Part shown: in pieces, positions 27,766 to 40,550 of the stretch
Layout: each line of letters begins with the position of its first letter
Numbering within the stretch: position 1 is the stretch's first letter
Assembly (NCBI RefSeq): GCF_009914755.1
Contig: NC_060929.1
Origin: the human T2T-CHM13v2.0 reference genome, Homo sapiens
Direction: 5' to 3' (one strand)
DNA length: 64,000 nucleotides
Position numbers and translations under genes: made by a program
Notes under the pieces: generated by a model
Told to the model about the DNA's origin: nothing
The model's input: only the letters and a program-made list of their open reading frames with translations
Databases searched by the model: none

Positions 27766-28049
27766 GCATCCTCAGGGCCCTGTGTCACCTGCTCATGGAC
27801 GCACCCCCAGGTCCTCGTGTCACCTGTGCATGGATGCACTGCACCCCCAGGGCACTGTCACCGATGCATGGATGTACCACAGGTCCTCGTGTCACCTGTG
27901 CATGGATGCACTGCACCCCCAGGGCCCTATGTCACCTACACACAGATGCACCCCCAGGGCACTGTCACCGATGCATGGATGTACCGCAGGGCCTCGTGTC
28001 ACCTATGCACGGACACATCCTCAGTGCCCTGTGCCATCTGTGCATCGAT
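27766..28049. repeat. GC-rich minisatellite, about 8 copies of a 33-40 bp unit (consensus ~CACCCCCAGGGCCCTGTGTCACCTGTGCATGGATG)
   Basis: Units parsed by eye; explains the repetitive ORFs at 27604, 27689 and 27795. Confidence 0.9.
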
Positions 28050-29676
28050 ATTTCCATGTTGTCCCTGAGGCTTTTGGACTTTCCCTTGAACTCAGGGCAG
28101 TCCTGCTCTTCTGTCTTGGTGGAATTCACACTTACAATGATTCTTTCCTATTAGAGTCCCCAGTTCAGAAAATGGGAGCCTTTTCTGTGTTCACTTAGGC
28201 ATTTTTCGGTGGAAAAGGGCAAACAGAGGCAGGTTGATTTGCTGAAAACCAATAGTGAGGTTGGACCTCAGGCTGATTAGTGGGCCTGCTGCCCTTCAGG
28301 TGATGGTGGGTGTGCAGCTGGGGCCTGTGTGTTCTGGGGACAACGTTGCAAGCTCCATATTGAGGGGCAGTCATTTGCTGAGGGGTTTTCAGAGCCGAGG
28401 CCCGTGAGATCACCACCCCACGGAGTTTCTGACCCCTGCCCCCAATACTGAGGGCCTGTAGCTGCTGAGCCCTGTGCTAACATGTTGTTTTCATCCTAAA
28501 GCCATTTTTCCACCAGGGGTAATTAAGAACAAGAGTTCTAGGACCACACTGTCCAAATCTGAAAGCTATTTCCGACACTTTCGAAGGAAGGGGTGTGAGC
28601 CAGTAATGTTCCTCTCCTCTGCCTTCATGACCTCATCCTTAGAACCCCATGCTCAGCCTGGGGTACAGACTGCACGAGTTACACAGAGACATCTCCTAGG
28701 GTGGAGCTCACACCTGCGGGCATTGCATAAACATTAATGGCAAATGAGTGCTCAATAAACATTAGCTGGTATCATTATTATTCTCCAAAAGCTTTATTTA
28801 ATTTTGGAAGTATGTTAGCAAAGGAAAATGAAACGTGTTGGATGTACTAGTCAAACAAAATAGCATCTGCTTACAGTATGCTCCGTGAATACAGTCTGCA
28901 TAGATTTTGTGTGCATGCCACCTAAATATCTGGGCTTTTTGAAGTCCACTTTCACACGAAACAATTCTAACCACATTTTCTGAGGCATCCACTAAACCTA
29001 ATTGTTTTCAATGTAGTGTTAACCTAAGAATTATACATGCCAAAAATATTTTTAAAGGGATTACTTCAAGAGGAAAGTGTATGCTTTGTCTTCTAATCAA
29101 ATACATAAATATTTATGGTACTTTCTAGGAAATTAAGCTCTTCAGTGAAGTGGAGCTGCCTCAAGCATTTTATAATCTATTGGAAACAGTGTAGACAAGC
29201 TAGTTATGTGTCCAGACATTGAAATCAACTTTAAACATTGTCAAGTCGTTAAAAGTCTTCAAGCAGGAAAACAATGCAAGCCAGCCAGCTCGTGTTCTTG
29301 TAATTGTTTGTTCCATTGCTTTGTCTTTGCAGAGGAATCTGTTCTACAAATCCCTATGCTCAAAGTCTCTGAACCCTTTTGCTACCAGATGTTAGGAGTT
29401 ACAGCCAAAGAGTGCCCTCTCTTGCTGTTTTAAATTAGGATGAAATTATATAAAGGGAAATACAGCCATGATTTCCATGATGCCTAGACTACATGAATTT
29501 TACTTAAATTTAGTGTGCTACTTTAATACAAGTTTCTGCATCACAAGGTTTTAAAGGTTTATGTGGTTTTTATCATGAGTGTTCATTTTTGAGACCAAAT
29601 TTCTCTATGACGAGTTACGGCCCTGATTTTGTGTGTGACTTGTGCTTCCATTTGCCCTCCATGTGTCCCTCCATAG

Positions 29677-29876
29677 ACATGCCCCAGCCTCCCAAGGAAG
29701 ACCTCTTCATCTTGCCAGATGAGTATAAGTCTTGCTTACGGCATAAGCGCTCTCTTCTGAGGTCCCATAGAAATGAAGAACTGAACGTGGAGACCTTGGT
29801 GGTGGTCGACAAAAAGATGATGCAAAACCATGGCCATGAAAATATCACCACCTACGTGCTCACGATACTCAACATG
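29677..29876 (+). CDS. ADAMTS16: ADAMTS16 coding exon (probably exon 5): (Y)MPQPPKEDLF...RHKR|SLLRSH...VETLVVVDKKMMQNHGHENITTYVLTILNM
   Basis: Acceptor CCATAG at 29676, donor ATG|GTAGGA; 200 nt. Furin site RHKR at 29739-29750, followed by the VETLVVxD start of the reprolysin domain. Confidence 0.97.
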
Positions 29877-29926
29877 GTAGGATCATCCTTCCAGTTGAGG
29901 CCACCTGTGTCATTGCACTTCGTAGG

Positions 29927-29928
<2 letters not shown>

Positions 29929-29964
<36 letters not shown>
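29929..29964 (+). repeat. (GT)18 microsatellite
   Basis: Read directly; starts 53 nt after the exon end at 29876. Confidence 0.97.
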
Positions 29965-29966
<2 letters not shown>

Positions 29967-31353
29967 CCATTTTACTTGTTACCTGTGGATTGATGTTCCA
30001 TATATGAGAAATATTTTATTGGTGATAACTCATTTAGTTTTCTATGCTCCAATGAAAAGAGCCATTTTCAGAACTTCATAGACTAATTCAGTAGGAAAAA
30101 TCATTTGACCTTCTCTATAAGCCTCTGTAAGCCTGTGAGATGTTTTGGGCTTACTGGCATCTATTTACTGGAAATCTCTAAGGGGTTGCTGAGCCACTGT
30201 AGTGCAGTAAATCTGATTATCAGCATTAGATGTGTGATTTTAGATGGCTCTATAGAAATGCCCAACTTTTTAGAAATACTAATGTTCAAATGCTAAATAT
30301 AAATTATTTTATCTATAAAAACAGGAAAAGTGCAACCTTTTAGAATATCACCTCAGGTAAAATGTGTTTGTGTCTCAAATTGGCAGCTGTATTAATCACT
30401 GAAGAGTGATGAGAGGTATACTAAGCCTCATTTCATGTAAGTGAAATCTAAATAACAGAAGACAAAATATTGGGTTGCCAAAGTGTGTTTTTAAGAATAG
30501 TTTTAATGACAATATTTTAAAAGTATGTCTTTGCATTCTTCTGCCTCAATAAACAGAGTACCCCTGAATGTGCCCATCTTTCCATGATGTCATGTGATTA
30601 CTATGGCTAGTGTTATTTTTGGTAGACTGAACCACTAGATTTCTGGGCTCCCAGGAAGCTGAGGAGGCAGTGAAATAGAGCCACCTTCCCGCTGCACGGG
30701 GTCAAAGCAAGCACGGCCCTGTTGTCCTCAGCAAGCTGCTCTGACGCGTGGAAGTGTTTGCCTCTCTTCTGTAGAGCTTTTCCAATATTTCCGCAGCGCA
30801 GTGGCAAATCACTTCAGGTTACATTCCATGGTGGACGTGCTGTTCCTGCTCCCCACCCCAAATGCCACTGTGATCACTCATTTCCACTTCCATGATCCAT
30901 CACCTCTGATATCACCTCTAATTGTGTCTTTCTCTCATCATCTCATTACCATGATTTTTTCTTTCTCTTTCTTGTATCCTCTTGGAATCCCATAAGTGCG
31001 AGAGTTTCTCTTGCACTTATGGAATTCCTTGCCAGGAGAGCTTGAGAAGTGATTGGCTTCTGTCATCATCATGATTAGCTTAAAAATCCTCTTTATATTC
31101 TAAGGGGAACCCTTACCAACCCACAGCCTTGTGATCCTTTCTTAGGTGTTTGACCGTAAGAGGTGGACCCCACTCCCAGCTGAAGCTTCGGCTTTTTACC
31201 GTGATATGATTAATACATCTGTCTGCCTAGCAATACAAGAAAGTTAACAGTGCTCTGTCACTGAAGAACAAGGGCGTTGGATTCTAGGCCCACTAGTAAG
31301 TAGGGGGGAAAATGCCATTTATGGGGCTGACATGGATTTCCTGTCTTTTTCAG

Positions 31354-31437
31354 GTATCTGCTTTATTCAAAGATGGAACAATAGGAGGAAACATCAACAT
31401 TGCAATTGTAGGTCTGATTCTTCTAGAAGATGAACAG
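31354..31437 (+). CDS. ADAMTS16: ADAMTS16 coding exon (probably exon 6): VSALFKDGTIGGNINIAIVGLILLEDEQ
   Basis: Acceptor TCTTTTTCAG, donor CAG|GTAGTT; 84 nt, phase 0-0. Typical ADAMTS 'F.D.xIG..INI..V.L' segment; too short for the ORF track. Confidence 0.95.
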
Positions 31438-33599
31438 GTAGTTTATCTTTGAAACTATCTACTCTTTTTATTCCTAGAAAAATAAATGCAAAATAATGCT
31501 TTTTTCTTTAATATAATTGTTCTATGGGTTCTTCTCTCTCGAGGGCAAAATGTATTTAATATTTTGTGTCTACTGCAAATGAGTGTCTTTTCAATCCTTT
31601 TAAATGTTTTTTGGATTTTTTGTGGGGTTTTTTGTGCAAAAGTGGTAAGAAATTATCCTTTAATTGGCCTGTAAGAAAATGGCATGTAAAAGCTGCCTTC
31701 AGCATATAGGTGGGACACACACTAGGAATACACAGCACAAAATATATCTTAGCCATCGTGAGCTTTCAGGATGCCAGTGGGAATGAGCCCTTTCTGCTTC
31801 TTGCTAGGAGAGTATAAATGTTTTGTGGTCTTGAAGTTACATTGTACTGTGTGGCCCTGTGTTGCTTTATTCAATTATCTCCCAGCTCTTAACCTTCACC
31901 ATCTACAGTCTGAGATTTTTTATTTTTATTGAGATTTCTATGGACTTTCAAGCGCATTTCCCTCACTGCATGCAAAAACCCAGATTATGCTGGGTCTTGG
32001 TAGCAGTGGGTTAAAGATCCTTTGCCTTCATTTGGGACCCCTGTAAATGCATAGAGGTGGTCCCTTCACAGAAAGGATGGACATGAACACCTTGTGGCCT
32101 AAGTAATGGGGAGGCATTTTAGGCACAAAATGTTCTCATTTCCATTTTTCCCCAAGCTAATCATTGACTGGGCAAAGGAGAGTGGGTACTGGACAGGAGC
32201 CAAGTGCCCAGCCTCAGCTCCACCCTTGCTGACGTTTTCAGAGTCTCCTTTTAGCTACAGTTTTCTTATTTATAAAACAAAGAATTTTTTAGATGAAACC
32301 CGAGATCATTCATAAGATCTAAGATGCCTTCGATGTTAAAGTTCTGGGATGCTGCTCTTTTTCTGTGCATGGTGGGGGCATGTGTGGACAGGGCTATTTC
32401 TAGTCTGACTAGTCAGGGAAGATACAACCTCATTGTCTTTTGTGTGAGTGCGCAGTTGGGGAGGGGGTTGCTGAACATGCCGGGCTTCTCAGGTGACAGG
32501 TTAATTATTCCTGGTATTAAAACCTCTTCACCTTGGAATTCATCCAAGCTGCAAAGAATAAGCGAGGTTATCGTTTGATCGTACACCTGTGTTAACTTTA
32601 ATTAATGCAGTTTTCCTGGAAATCACCTGCTAAAGAACACAAGGCTTGCCCCCGTGTTTGTGTGTAGCATTTTGCTTGGGTATATTTGACTTTCTGTAAA
32701 AACAACATAAACATTTCAGGAGAAAACATATTCAGTGTCTGAGAGACAAAAATTTCAATACGACATCCTAACAGTGCAAGCTTTAAACAAGCCAGTGTCC
32801 TGAAGCTGAGGTAATTAAACCTGGTGTTGTCCCACCAGCCATAGGAAACTAGAGCATGCCGGTGAATAAGGTTCAAATAACTTGGTGCAGGCTGGTCTGA
32901 TGCATGTTCTTCTGTGTCTCGAATTCTTCCGTTCCCAAGAGTTCCAATGTTCTACGCTCTGTTACTTCATCGTTGCGTTATCTGAACCTAATGGAGACAG
33001 AGGAGGTTGAACATGGCTTGCAAAGTCTCCTTTTAGTTGCAGTTTATTTTCCAGAAATAAAGCTTTACCAATTGACCCACCTCCTCTCAGAAATATACTG
33101 CCTTTGTAGAAAAGATATTTAATTTAACACTATAATAATAAGTATTAAAAGACTTATTTATTGGAAATCCCACTTGCTTAACTTGGTTATGAGATAAACA
33201 TATCACCATCTAGACGTGTTTTTGTATATGTATGTACAAAGCCATGTATAAATGATTCTGTGGCTTTACTTAATTTTGAAAAGTGTTTTTGAAAGATTTT
33301 TGAAAACAAAAAATTCATGCACAGAAGTAATCTTTCTTGGGTCATTGAACATGCATTCAGGATCAGCCAGATACATTTCAATTGTTTATGTATGGAACCA
33401 GAGAAACGTGCCTAAGTGTGTACACTGGATCTGTACGGGTTTTATAGAATACGTAAAATACACGCATTAGCTTATATGCCATCCAGATCCAGCCATGTAT
33501 TTGAAATCCAGGTCAATAATAGTTTGCTGTGATGACAATGCATTATAACATGTTTTCTCTTCATTATCATGGGGTCCTCGGTCCTTGTCTCTTGCACAG

Positions 33600-33759
33600 C
33601 CAGGACTGGTGATAAGTCACCACGCAGACCACACCTTAAGTAGCTTCTGCCAGTGGCAGTCTGGATTGATGGGGAAAGATGGGACTCGTCATGACCACGC
33701 CATCTTACTGACTGGTCTGGATATATGTTCCTGGAAGAATGAGCCCTGTGACACTTTGG
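33600..33759 (+). CDS. ADAMTS16: ADAMTS16 coding exon (probably exon 7): PGLVISHHADHTLSSFCQWQ...HDHAILLTGLDICSWKNEPCDTLG
   Basis: Acceptor TTGCACAG, donor G|GTGAGA; 160 nt. Contains the ADAMTS motifs FCxWQ, HDxAILLT and CDTLG. Confidence 0.97.
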
Positions 33760-34391
33760 GTGAGAACCTCCAGCAGAGTGTGAGGACCGTGTGTGGAATG
33801 TGCACCCCTGGCCGTGACACAGTGTTGAGTATTTTTGCCCTTGTTCCTTGTTAATAAGCAGTAGCAGCTTCTTAGTGAAGGTGTAAAGACTCACTTCCCT
33901 GTATAAACTTTAGCCAAACATAGAAGTACGCTTGCATTCATCAAGAGTGATTATTGAACAAGTAAATGTCTTACAGATTCCAGAGTTCCTATCTCTTCTA
34001 ACAAAATAAATACATATATATTTTTTGTTTCTTCTACTGCTTGTGCCAATGGGGTGGATAGATCGAAGGCTTTCTCATTATATAGTGGAAATAGTACATT
34101 GATGAGTATCTGTGGAGATACTACGACCAGATTATATTTCCTGTTTTTTCCCTTCTCTCTCTGTATCTCAATCTTAGCAATGTTTTAGACATTTACGGGG
34201 CTGGGTGTGACTTGTAGAGGCAGCACTTTGTGATTCTTTCCGGATGGTCTGTGTAAAACACTGTGCTACTGACCAGGATTCCGCTGAACATGTCTTCTAA
34301 CTCTCCGTTTCTTCCCAAGTTCCTAGGGAGGAAGGGTTTTTGTTTATAAAAACTTTCAGATAAAGCCCAATTTAATAGCGGTTAGTCTTAT

Positions 34392-34918
34392 TGTGCAAAA
34401 GCAAGTTAACGTGGTGTCCCGGCTGCTTGTCCTTAGACAGCCCTCCTCACCCAGTTGGCTCTTGGCTGGACTCCGAGAACTCAGGTTGTAGGATGGTTCC
34501 CACTGCCCTACCTCCAAAGAGTGGCTCATTGTGCCTAAATTGTGTGTACAAACAGTGTGGTTTCCTTCTGAGGTTCTGGAATTTTGGCAAACTTTAGGCA
34601 GTGGGTGCCTATGTGACCAGCTCCCAGAGAAAACCCTGGACACTGAGTTTCTAATGAGTGTCCCTGGTGGACAACATTCACCTTCATTGCCACGACTCAT
34701 TGCTGGGGAAGAAAGCACATCCTGTGTGACTCTGCAGGGCAAGGACCCTTAGACGTGTGTGCCTGTTTCCCCCGACTTCTGCCCATGTGTTTTCCCTTTG
34801 CTGATTTTGCCCTGTGTCCTTTTGCCATATTAAATAATAACCATGAGGGTGACAAATGCTCGTTATGACAGATGTGAATCATTAAAGCTGGGGGTGGTCT
34901 TGGGGACCTCCCAGCACA
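34392..34918 (+). mobile_element. MER68-like (MER21 group) solo LTR
   Basis: TG...CA termini: 'tgtgcaaaagcaagttaac' ... 'gggtggtcttggggacctcccagcaca'; internal 'gggtgcctatgtgaccagc' and 'ttttccctttgctgattttg'. Confidence 0.8.
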
Positions 34919-35313
34919 CCCATTCTCTACAGCACCTTTTCACTTGGTCTTTTGGGAACATAGGTGTTTAGAATAAGGCAAAGACCTTCCTCCATCTGCA
35001 ATAGATTCCACGCTTTATTAGAGCCTGCCCCAGGCTCTAATAGAGTCACGCCCCAATTAGAGCCTGCACCACGAACGTTACATAGAACCATGAATTGTGT
35101 TCCACAATACAGAGAGTCCTTGGGCTCCCTGGAAGGGAGTCCCTTCCCCTACCTTATCAAGTCCCCTTTATACGGTTGTCTAAGTGTTTCCCATTTCATA
35201 TTTTCCCATATGAACATAAGAACTAAATTTCACTAAGGGGTAGAAAATAAATATACTATGCTTTATTTTATTACAACACCGCTATGTGTTCTTTTGATCT
35301 TTGTCCTTCACAG

Positions 35314-35419
35314 GATTTGCACCCATAAGTGGAATGTGTAGTAAATATCGCAGCTGCACGATTAATGAAGATACAGGTCTTGGACTGGCCTTCACCATTG
35401 CCCATGAGTCTGGACACAA
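35314..35419 (+). CDS. ADAMTS16: ADAMTS16 coding exon (probably exon 8): [34 protein letters not shown](N)
   Basis: Acceptor CCTTCACAG, donor AA|GTAAGT; 106 nt. First half of the HExxHxxGxxHD zinc motif at 35403-35417. Confidence 0.97.
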
Positions 35420-35605
35420 GTAAGTGCATCTCCATGGGAGGATGGCATCCCGAGTTTTTTCCTTACTGGATGATTTCCATGGAAATATTGACTCATCAAG
35501 TCAAGTCCATGAAGGGAATTCACATATATCCAACGAGAATGCCATTGACAGTTATAAAATGCTGTCACTTAGGACTTCTGTTTCTATGTCCCACATCGTG
35601 CAAAT

Positions 35606-35827
35606 TTTATTTTTATTTATTTACTTTATTTTGAGACAGGCTCACTCTGTCAATCAGGCTGGAGTGTAGTGGCATGACCTCAGCTCACTGCAATGTCTGC
35701 CTCCTGGGCTCAAGCAATCCTCTTACCTCACCCTCCCAAATAGATGGAACTACAGGCATTCACCACCATGCTTGGCTAATTTTTGTAATTTTTGGAGTGA
35801 CAGGGTTTCGCCGTGTTGCTCAGGCTG
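35606..35827 (-). mobile_element. AluJ, 5'-truncated
   Basis: 'ctcctgggctcaagcaatcctc' (J-type); ends at 'gttgctcaggctg'. Confidence 0.85.
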
Positions 35828-36767
35828 TGCACATTTGAAAGCCACAGCAATGCACAAGTTTCCATGTCCCTGGGTCTTTCTCCAACACTCCTGTACACAC
35901 CTGTGCCTAAGATTGAGGATAGCTGTATCTGTCCCGATTCCTCTGTCCCGTGTTTTGAACGTGGTCTGGTGGACTGATCTCATTCCATGGTTAGCTGCTA
36001 ACAGGGGACTCTAAATGATGAAGAACAGTGTCAACCCTCCCATTGCTTCCTGCTGTTACCCTCGCGTTTGTGTTCTTGTATATATTTATGTATTTACAAT
36101 TTATAGAGATGCTATTTTTCATTGGTACTCCAAGCAAGAGTTTGGAAGAGTGGGTACTGACAAGAGATCAGGCAGGCCTCTAGGAACTGATTTGCCTCCC
36201 TTATTCCACCTCTGACTGCACCATTAATGGCTTGGAAATAAAAGTTTCAGGGAGCCCCACGAGCCTGGGGGCTCAACACAGAGGCCAGTCCTAGGTTGGC
36301 GGTCTCAGCAATGGGCGGTGGGTCATTAGTGTTTTCACCTTACATGAAATGCTTACAATTGTAGAATGAACAATTTCTAGCAATTATTTGTGGAAACTAT
36401 TATTCTTAATACAATTTCTGAGGCCAATAATTCTGTGAGCTGCTTTACCTTGAAGTATCGTCTGTTAAATAAAAAAATCAAGGGCCCATTTCCTGCCCAA
36501 GCAGCTGGGGACTTCCTGCAATCACCCTGAGTAATACCAGAACCACCAACTGGAATGCAAATCTTTTCCTGCTATGCTGCAACAATACTTGAAATTTCTC
36601 CTAGAAAAATTTACAACCAGGAATTATAAGTTTTTATTTTTTTTAAATTTCAACCTGATTTTATTGGCAAAAGGAAAACCAAGGCAAGTGTTTGTGATTT
36701 GTGGTTTTGCAAAGCTGACTTATCCATTATTGGAAAATGGACTGAGGCCTCAGACTTGTTCAAAGCA

Positions 36768-36800
<33 letters not shown>

Positions 36801-36823
36801 CACATATACGTGTACATGTATGT
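36768..36823 (+). repeat. (GT)n(GC)n-containing alternating purine-pyrimidine tract
   Basis: 56 nt of unbroken R/Y alternation. Confidence 0.92.
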
Positions 36824-37428
36824 TTGCGTGTGTATACACATGTGCTTGTGTTTAATGGAATTCCACGAAGGTTCTGCACCCTTTAGCTGTGTGAACTGAT
36901 GACCTGAAAAATGAAGCTTCATATCTTATTACTGATCCCTTCATCACCACAGGTAATGATTGACTATTTCATTGCTTAGAAAATTACACCTTCACTTTAT
37001 AAAGCTTTCAGTTGAATCATAGTTGTATTTTTAATAGTCTGCTAGAGTTAAAACTTCAAAAACTCTCATTATTGTAACAACATGAGGCTCCTGCTGTCCT
37101 CTGAACCATACCTGAATTTAATTAAACAATCAAGGCAAGAAATATTTAAGTCACTGAGGGCTTAGCCAGTGAACGTTTGATAAGCAGTTGAGATATGGGA
37201 ATTGGCAGTGCCAGCCGTTGCAGGTGGTGAACTTAACTAAGTTAAACTAGAGGCATCCGACACAAGGCCCTCAGTTGATCTTCAGTGTCAAGCAAGTATC
37301 AGTGTTGGCATTTATTTTTCTTAGAAGTCAATTATTACTATTTCCTTTCCTCACTCAAATTGGGTGTAGTTGGAAAAAGATTTTCTCCAAACAAGAAAAA
37401 AATGTTTTTTCTGGAAAGTCAGAATCTA

Positions 37429-37780
<352 letters not shown>

Positions 37781-39573
37781 CTAATATAGGATTAACTGCC
37801 AGAAAGTATCAGATCTTTCTTGAACACCTGACTTCTTCAAGTTCTCTGAGACAGAGAACCTGGAGCTTGTCAACGAAAAACCTGCTGACCATGTTGAGAA
37901 AATAGAAAATATATGTATCTATCATGTGCTAAATGCCAAAATGAGTAGCAATAATAGTAATAGTAGTAACGGTAATGATAATAGTAGTGTCTGCTCTTCG
38001 TGGAGCACTTTCTGTAAAATTCACCTAGCAATTTCACATACAGCTCAAACCATGGAAACCACCCAGGACAGTTCCTTCTGTCGCCTTCACTGACTTAGGG
38101 GAGACTATGTGGAATATTCAGCAAATGTGTATGAATGGAGTCAGGGAATGAGTGACGCAGGGCGTGAGCAAGCAACAGGTGAGGAGTAAACGTTTCAAAT
38201 GAATTGTTAGCTGTGACCACCACTTCAAATGAGAAAGGCTGTGATGTGTAAGACTCAATGATAAAACTCCGTGTATCTTAGTTGAACTAAACTGAAGACA
38301 AACACATTTGTTCAGTTCATGTATTTAGTGAGTTTTATTTTTGGAAGAAGGAATGATAAGTTTGATGCATGGAGCAAACATCAGAGCATCAACGGTCTGC
38401 TTTTATCAATGAGCTCCAAGCAGAGTCAAATTTTTGAGTTCTGTACGTCAAGAATTAAAAAGCAATTCTGAATTTAATATGACTTTTACTATTAAAAAAC
38501 GTGTAAAACATACTGCTTCGAAGGTAAATTTTACTTTTTCAGTTCTGTTTACATTCGGAGGACATTATTTGGGATGGAGGAGTACTTCTCCATGCCTGCA
38601 ACTCATAGGTTTCTAACCTTTAACTCAAATAAAGATTTCAGTTAGTGTCCATCCAATCTGTCCTCCTAAGTTCCACTTTTTAAAAAAATCTCAAAATATC
38701 ATGTAGTTTATGCTAGGGAATGTGACCTAAAAATAGAAATTACTAAGAACAGGTGTTTGGATTTGTGTTGGAAAGAGAGGAGGAGAGACTGGAACCAGAA
38801 CTGAGATATGTGTTCTCCTGTAGTACATGGGATTGAATCAGGATTTGTATTAAGCTGGTGGTACAAGGAGAGTTTCCTGGTTATGTTAAATCACTTGACG
38901 CAGGACATGTGGTTTGCTAAGGCAGGTGCTGAAGCATTGGCACAGATGCACCAAGGGCTGAACTGCGCATTTGGGAGAATATGTCATCTGTGCATGAATC
39001 CATCTGAAAAATTCCCATTTGCTAAGGGAAGTCATGTCATTTGATGGGTAGGGCTCTGGGACTCAGATTCCAGATCAGCACAGTGCTACCACAGTCTGAT
39101 AGTGACCAGGGAGGGTGCCCTTAACAGCTCTTACCTAGGTTTCCGATCTGCAAAAACAATAGAGCACTATATGCTCCGTAGCTCATATATGCAAGTGTAA
39201 TTTAGGTTGCATTATTTGAGCTGTACATTCCACTTATATAAAATAGGCTTAAATAGCCAAGTTGCATTATCACTTGAGACCATTGAGGTGCTATAAAACA
39301 AATATGTTAACTGTGTGCAGAAGTATTCATTATTCATCAGTCTGTCTCTTGCATTTCCCCAAGTTTATGGACCCAGTCACTGGGCACAATTTGCATTCTG
39401 AGAGCAAGGCATTGTGTAGGAGTCTACAAAAAGACTAGTGATCTATGCCCTTCCAAAGTTTAAGAGAAAAGAATAAATAGATATGCCATGCAAGATATCA
39501 AGTAATGAGAGCTGTCGGTATTACAAGAGACCACACAGGGACAATCAGGGAGGTCTTAAAAGAAGCAGCATTG

Positions 39574-39886
39574 GGCCGTGTGTGGTGGCTCACTCCTGTT
39601 AATCCCAGCATTTTGGGAGCCCAAGGTGGGTGGATCATGAGGTCAGGAGTTCCAGACCAGCCTGGCCAAGATGGCGAAACCCCATCTCTACTAAAAATAC
39701 AAAAATTAGCCAAGTGTGGTGGCAGGTTCCTGTAATCCCAGCTACTCAGGAGGCTGAGGCAGAGTAACCTCAGGAAGTAGAACTTGAACTCAGGAAGTAG
39801 AGGTTGCAGTGAGCCGAGATCACGCCACCGCACTCCAGCCTGGGCAACAGAGAGAGCCTCCATCTCAAAAAAAAAAAAAAAAAAAA
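39574..39886 (+). mobile_element. AluS (Sg/Sc-like) with a small internal duplication
   Basis: Flanking repeat AAGCAGCATTGG at 39563-39574 and 39886-39897; CTCAGGAAGTAGA at 39769-39781 and 39789-39801. Confidence 0.9.
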
Positions 39887-40424
39887 AGCAGCATTGGTGT
39901 CACTATTGGTATCACTAGTAGTTAGCTTGAAAATACCATTCAGCTCAACCACAGTCACTGGCGATGCCCCTTTCAGTATTTGATGATGACATGTGCCTCC
40001 ACCCCATTTGTGGCTGTGCTTTGTCACCAGTCTGGGCCTCTTCCAGTGCATCAGGGAGGCATGTGGTGATTTTTAAAGACTTGAAGAATATTGGAGAAAG
40101 CCAGCCCCTCTAACCATCATCTGGACTGGGGATTGTCAGGCTGCTCTCTGGGTAGCTGTGGTAGGTCAGAGCATCAGTTCTTACCAATTTTATTTGTTGT
40201 CATTCCTCTTAGGATTTCTTGTCTGTTTCTGTGTCCAACAAGTATTTGAAATCCATTAATATTTGGCCAGACCTTCCCATACACATGCATGCACATATGC
40301 ATACCAACCATGAATGGCACTTAGGTGTTATATGATTTGACCAAGACCACATTTGGATCCTGGAAGGGAATAGAAGTTTTGAATTTTCCTTTCTGATGTG
40401 CACAGTCCCAGGCATTCTGTACAG

Positions 40425-40550
40425 TTCGTGAGGAAGGTTTTACTATCCCATTTTATATATAAAGAAACTGAGGCTGGGGGGGTCAAGTAATTTGCCCAAT
40501 ATCAAGCAGCTTGTGAATGACAGAGCCAAGACCCTGACTGAGGTCCCTGC
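40425..40550. mobile_element. MIR core
   Basis: 'tatcccattttata...gaaactgaggct...gtcaagtaatttgcccaa'. Confidence 0.75.

Noticed and set aside
27604-28198. Overlapping 119-169 aa ORFs; repeat array superficially like CRISPR
   Set aside because: Head-to-tail minisatellite with no unique spacers and no cas genes, in a mammalian intron.
32583-32827. Possible terminal inverted repeats (acacctgtgttaac ... attaaacctggtgt)
   Set aside because: Only about 10 of 14 positions match and there is no TSD.
35329-35634. 101-aa ORF over the zinc-motif exon
   Set aside because: Wrong frame; the true frame reads FAPISGMC...HESGH.
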